Origin: Thermoplasmata archaeon
GTDB lineage: Archaea; Thermoplasmatota; Thermoplasmata; Lutacidiplasmatales; UBA184
Direction of reading: 5' to 3'
DNA: 64,000 bases
Assembly: GCA_028864975.1 (NCBI GenBank)
Contig: JAGWLG010000009.1
Coordinates: forward strand, 32,001 to 96,000
Each line of letters starts with the position of its first letter. Positions within the stretch are counted from its first letter, which is position 1. The notes under the pieces were generated by a model. That model saw only the letters and a program-made list of their open reading frames with translations, had not been told where the DNA came from and searched no databases. This document shows, in pieces, positions 63,367 through 64,000 of the stretch. A program made the position numbers and the translations under genes.

Positions 63367-64000
63367 GTGAGCGGTGGCGAGGACCCCGCCGGCTTCGCCA
63401 CCCTAAGCGACCTGGAGGCGTCGGCGAGGGCGAAGGTCATCGACCCGGTTTGGGCCTATGTCCAGGGGGGAGCGGGAGAAGAGCGGACCCTCCGCGCGAA
63501 CCGGGAGGCCTTCGAGAGGACGTGGCTGCGCCCCCGAGTGCTGGTCGACGTCTCCTCGGTCGACGCGGCGACCTCGTTCCTGGGGACGCGCAGTTCCGTT
63601 CCCTTCTTTGTCGCCCCCACGGCCTTCCAGGGACTCGTTCACCCCGACGCGGAGGCTGCGACAGCGCGCGCGGCCGCCTCCGCGGGGGTCCTCGCGGTCT
63701 TCAGCACGGTCACGACGCTCTCCATGGAGGCGATCGCTCGGGCGGCACCGGAGGGCCCGCGGTGGTTCCAGCTCTACCTTCAGAAGGACTGGTCGCTCAC
63801 CGAGGATCTGCTCCACCGCGCTGAGCGGGCCGGCTACCGGGCCGTCGTCCTCACCGTCGACGCCCCCGTCCTCGGGACACGGGACCGCCAATTCCAACGG
63901 GGGTTCGCCCTGCCCTCCGACATGCCGGTGGGGAACCTCCCTCCCTTGCCGCCGGTCGAGGGAAGAAGCCTCGCCCAAGCGGTCCACGCTGCCCTGCGGA
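63367..64000 (+). CDS. FMN-dependent alpha-hydroxy-acid oxidase/dehydrogenase (3' end outside window; absent from ORF track)
   Basis: Translated by hand from GTG 63367: WAYVQGGAGEERTLRANREAF, LRPRVLVDVS, PFFVAPTA, WFQLY, A.RAGY.AVVLTVDAPVLG.R. Confidence 0.92.
   Translation, partial: MSGGEDPAGFATLSDLEASARAKVIDPVWAYVQGGAGEERTLRANREAFERTWLRPRVLVDVSSVDAATSFLGTRSSVPFFVAPTAFQGLVHPDAEAATARAAASAGVLAVFSTVTTLSMEAIARAAPEGPRWFQLYLQKDWSLTEDLLHRAERAGYRAVVLTVDAPVLGTRDRQFQRGFALPSDMPVGNLPPLPPVEGRSLAQAVHAALR

Noticed and set aside
1-64000. CRISPR array, rRNA, RNase P RNA, SRP RNA
   Set aside because: No regularly spaced repeat-spacer units, and no GAGGAAAGUCC, SRP helix-8 or 5S signatures in the intergenic regions by eye; Infernal would be needed to exclude divergent forms

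Overview
High-GC archaeal chromosome segment, most consistent with Thermoplasmata. Evidence: archaeal ribosomal proteins uS15, eS1 and eL37, fibrillarin, Lsm, an A-type ATP synthase in Thermoplasma-like gene order, DNA gyrase A and an intron-containing tRNA-Met. The finer lineage cannot be determined without a search. Housekeeping content: end of a his operon; an A1AO ATP synthase split into two convergent blocks (K-E-C on +; F-A-B-D-small ORF-H-I on -) around an MFS gene and two orphan genes; ferredoxin; lsm-rpl37e; folP; gyrA-Zn ribbon-arsA; rps15-recJ; fibrillarin; ridA; rps3ae; tyrA; tRNA-Met(CAU) and tRNA-Gly(CCC). Accessory content: an intact IS5/IS903-type element with 16-bp TIRs and a 9-bp target duplication; a small tRNA-Met-anchored islet (hicB-hicA, prenyltransferase-like gene) bounded by a 12-bp copy of the tRNA 3' end; an AAC(6')-Ie-like acetyltransferase; a type IV pilus-like operon with two ATPases; and an AAA+/VWA/peptidase cluster. 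The best leads are (1) a HEAT-GNAT-EarP-like glycosyltransferase gene run that may be an undescribed protein-modification system, (2) a sharply AT-rich synonymous patch in atpA at the known VMA intein homing site although no intein is present, and (3) a 42-aa membrane ORF with a perfect SD inside the ATP synthase operon. All family assignments come from motifs read by eye; no database searches were run. Most long ORFs in the track are GC-driven antisense shadows, and several starts were re-called.
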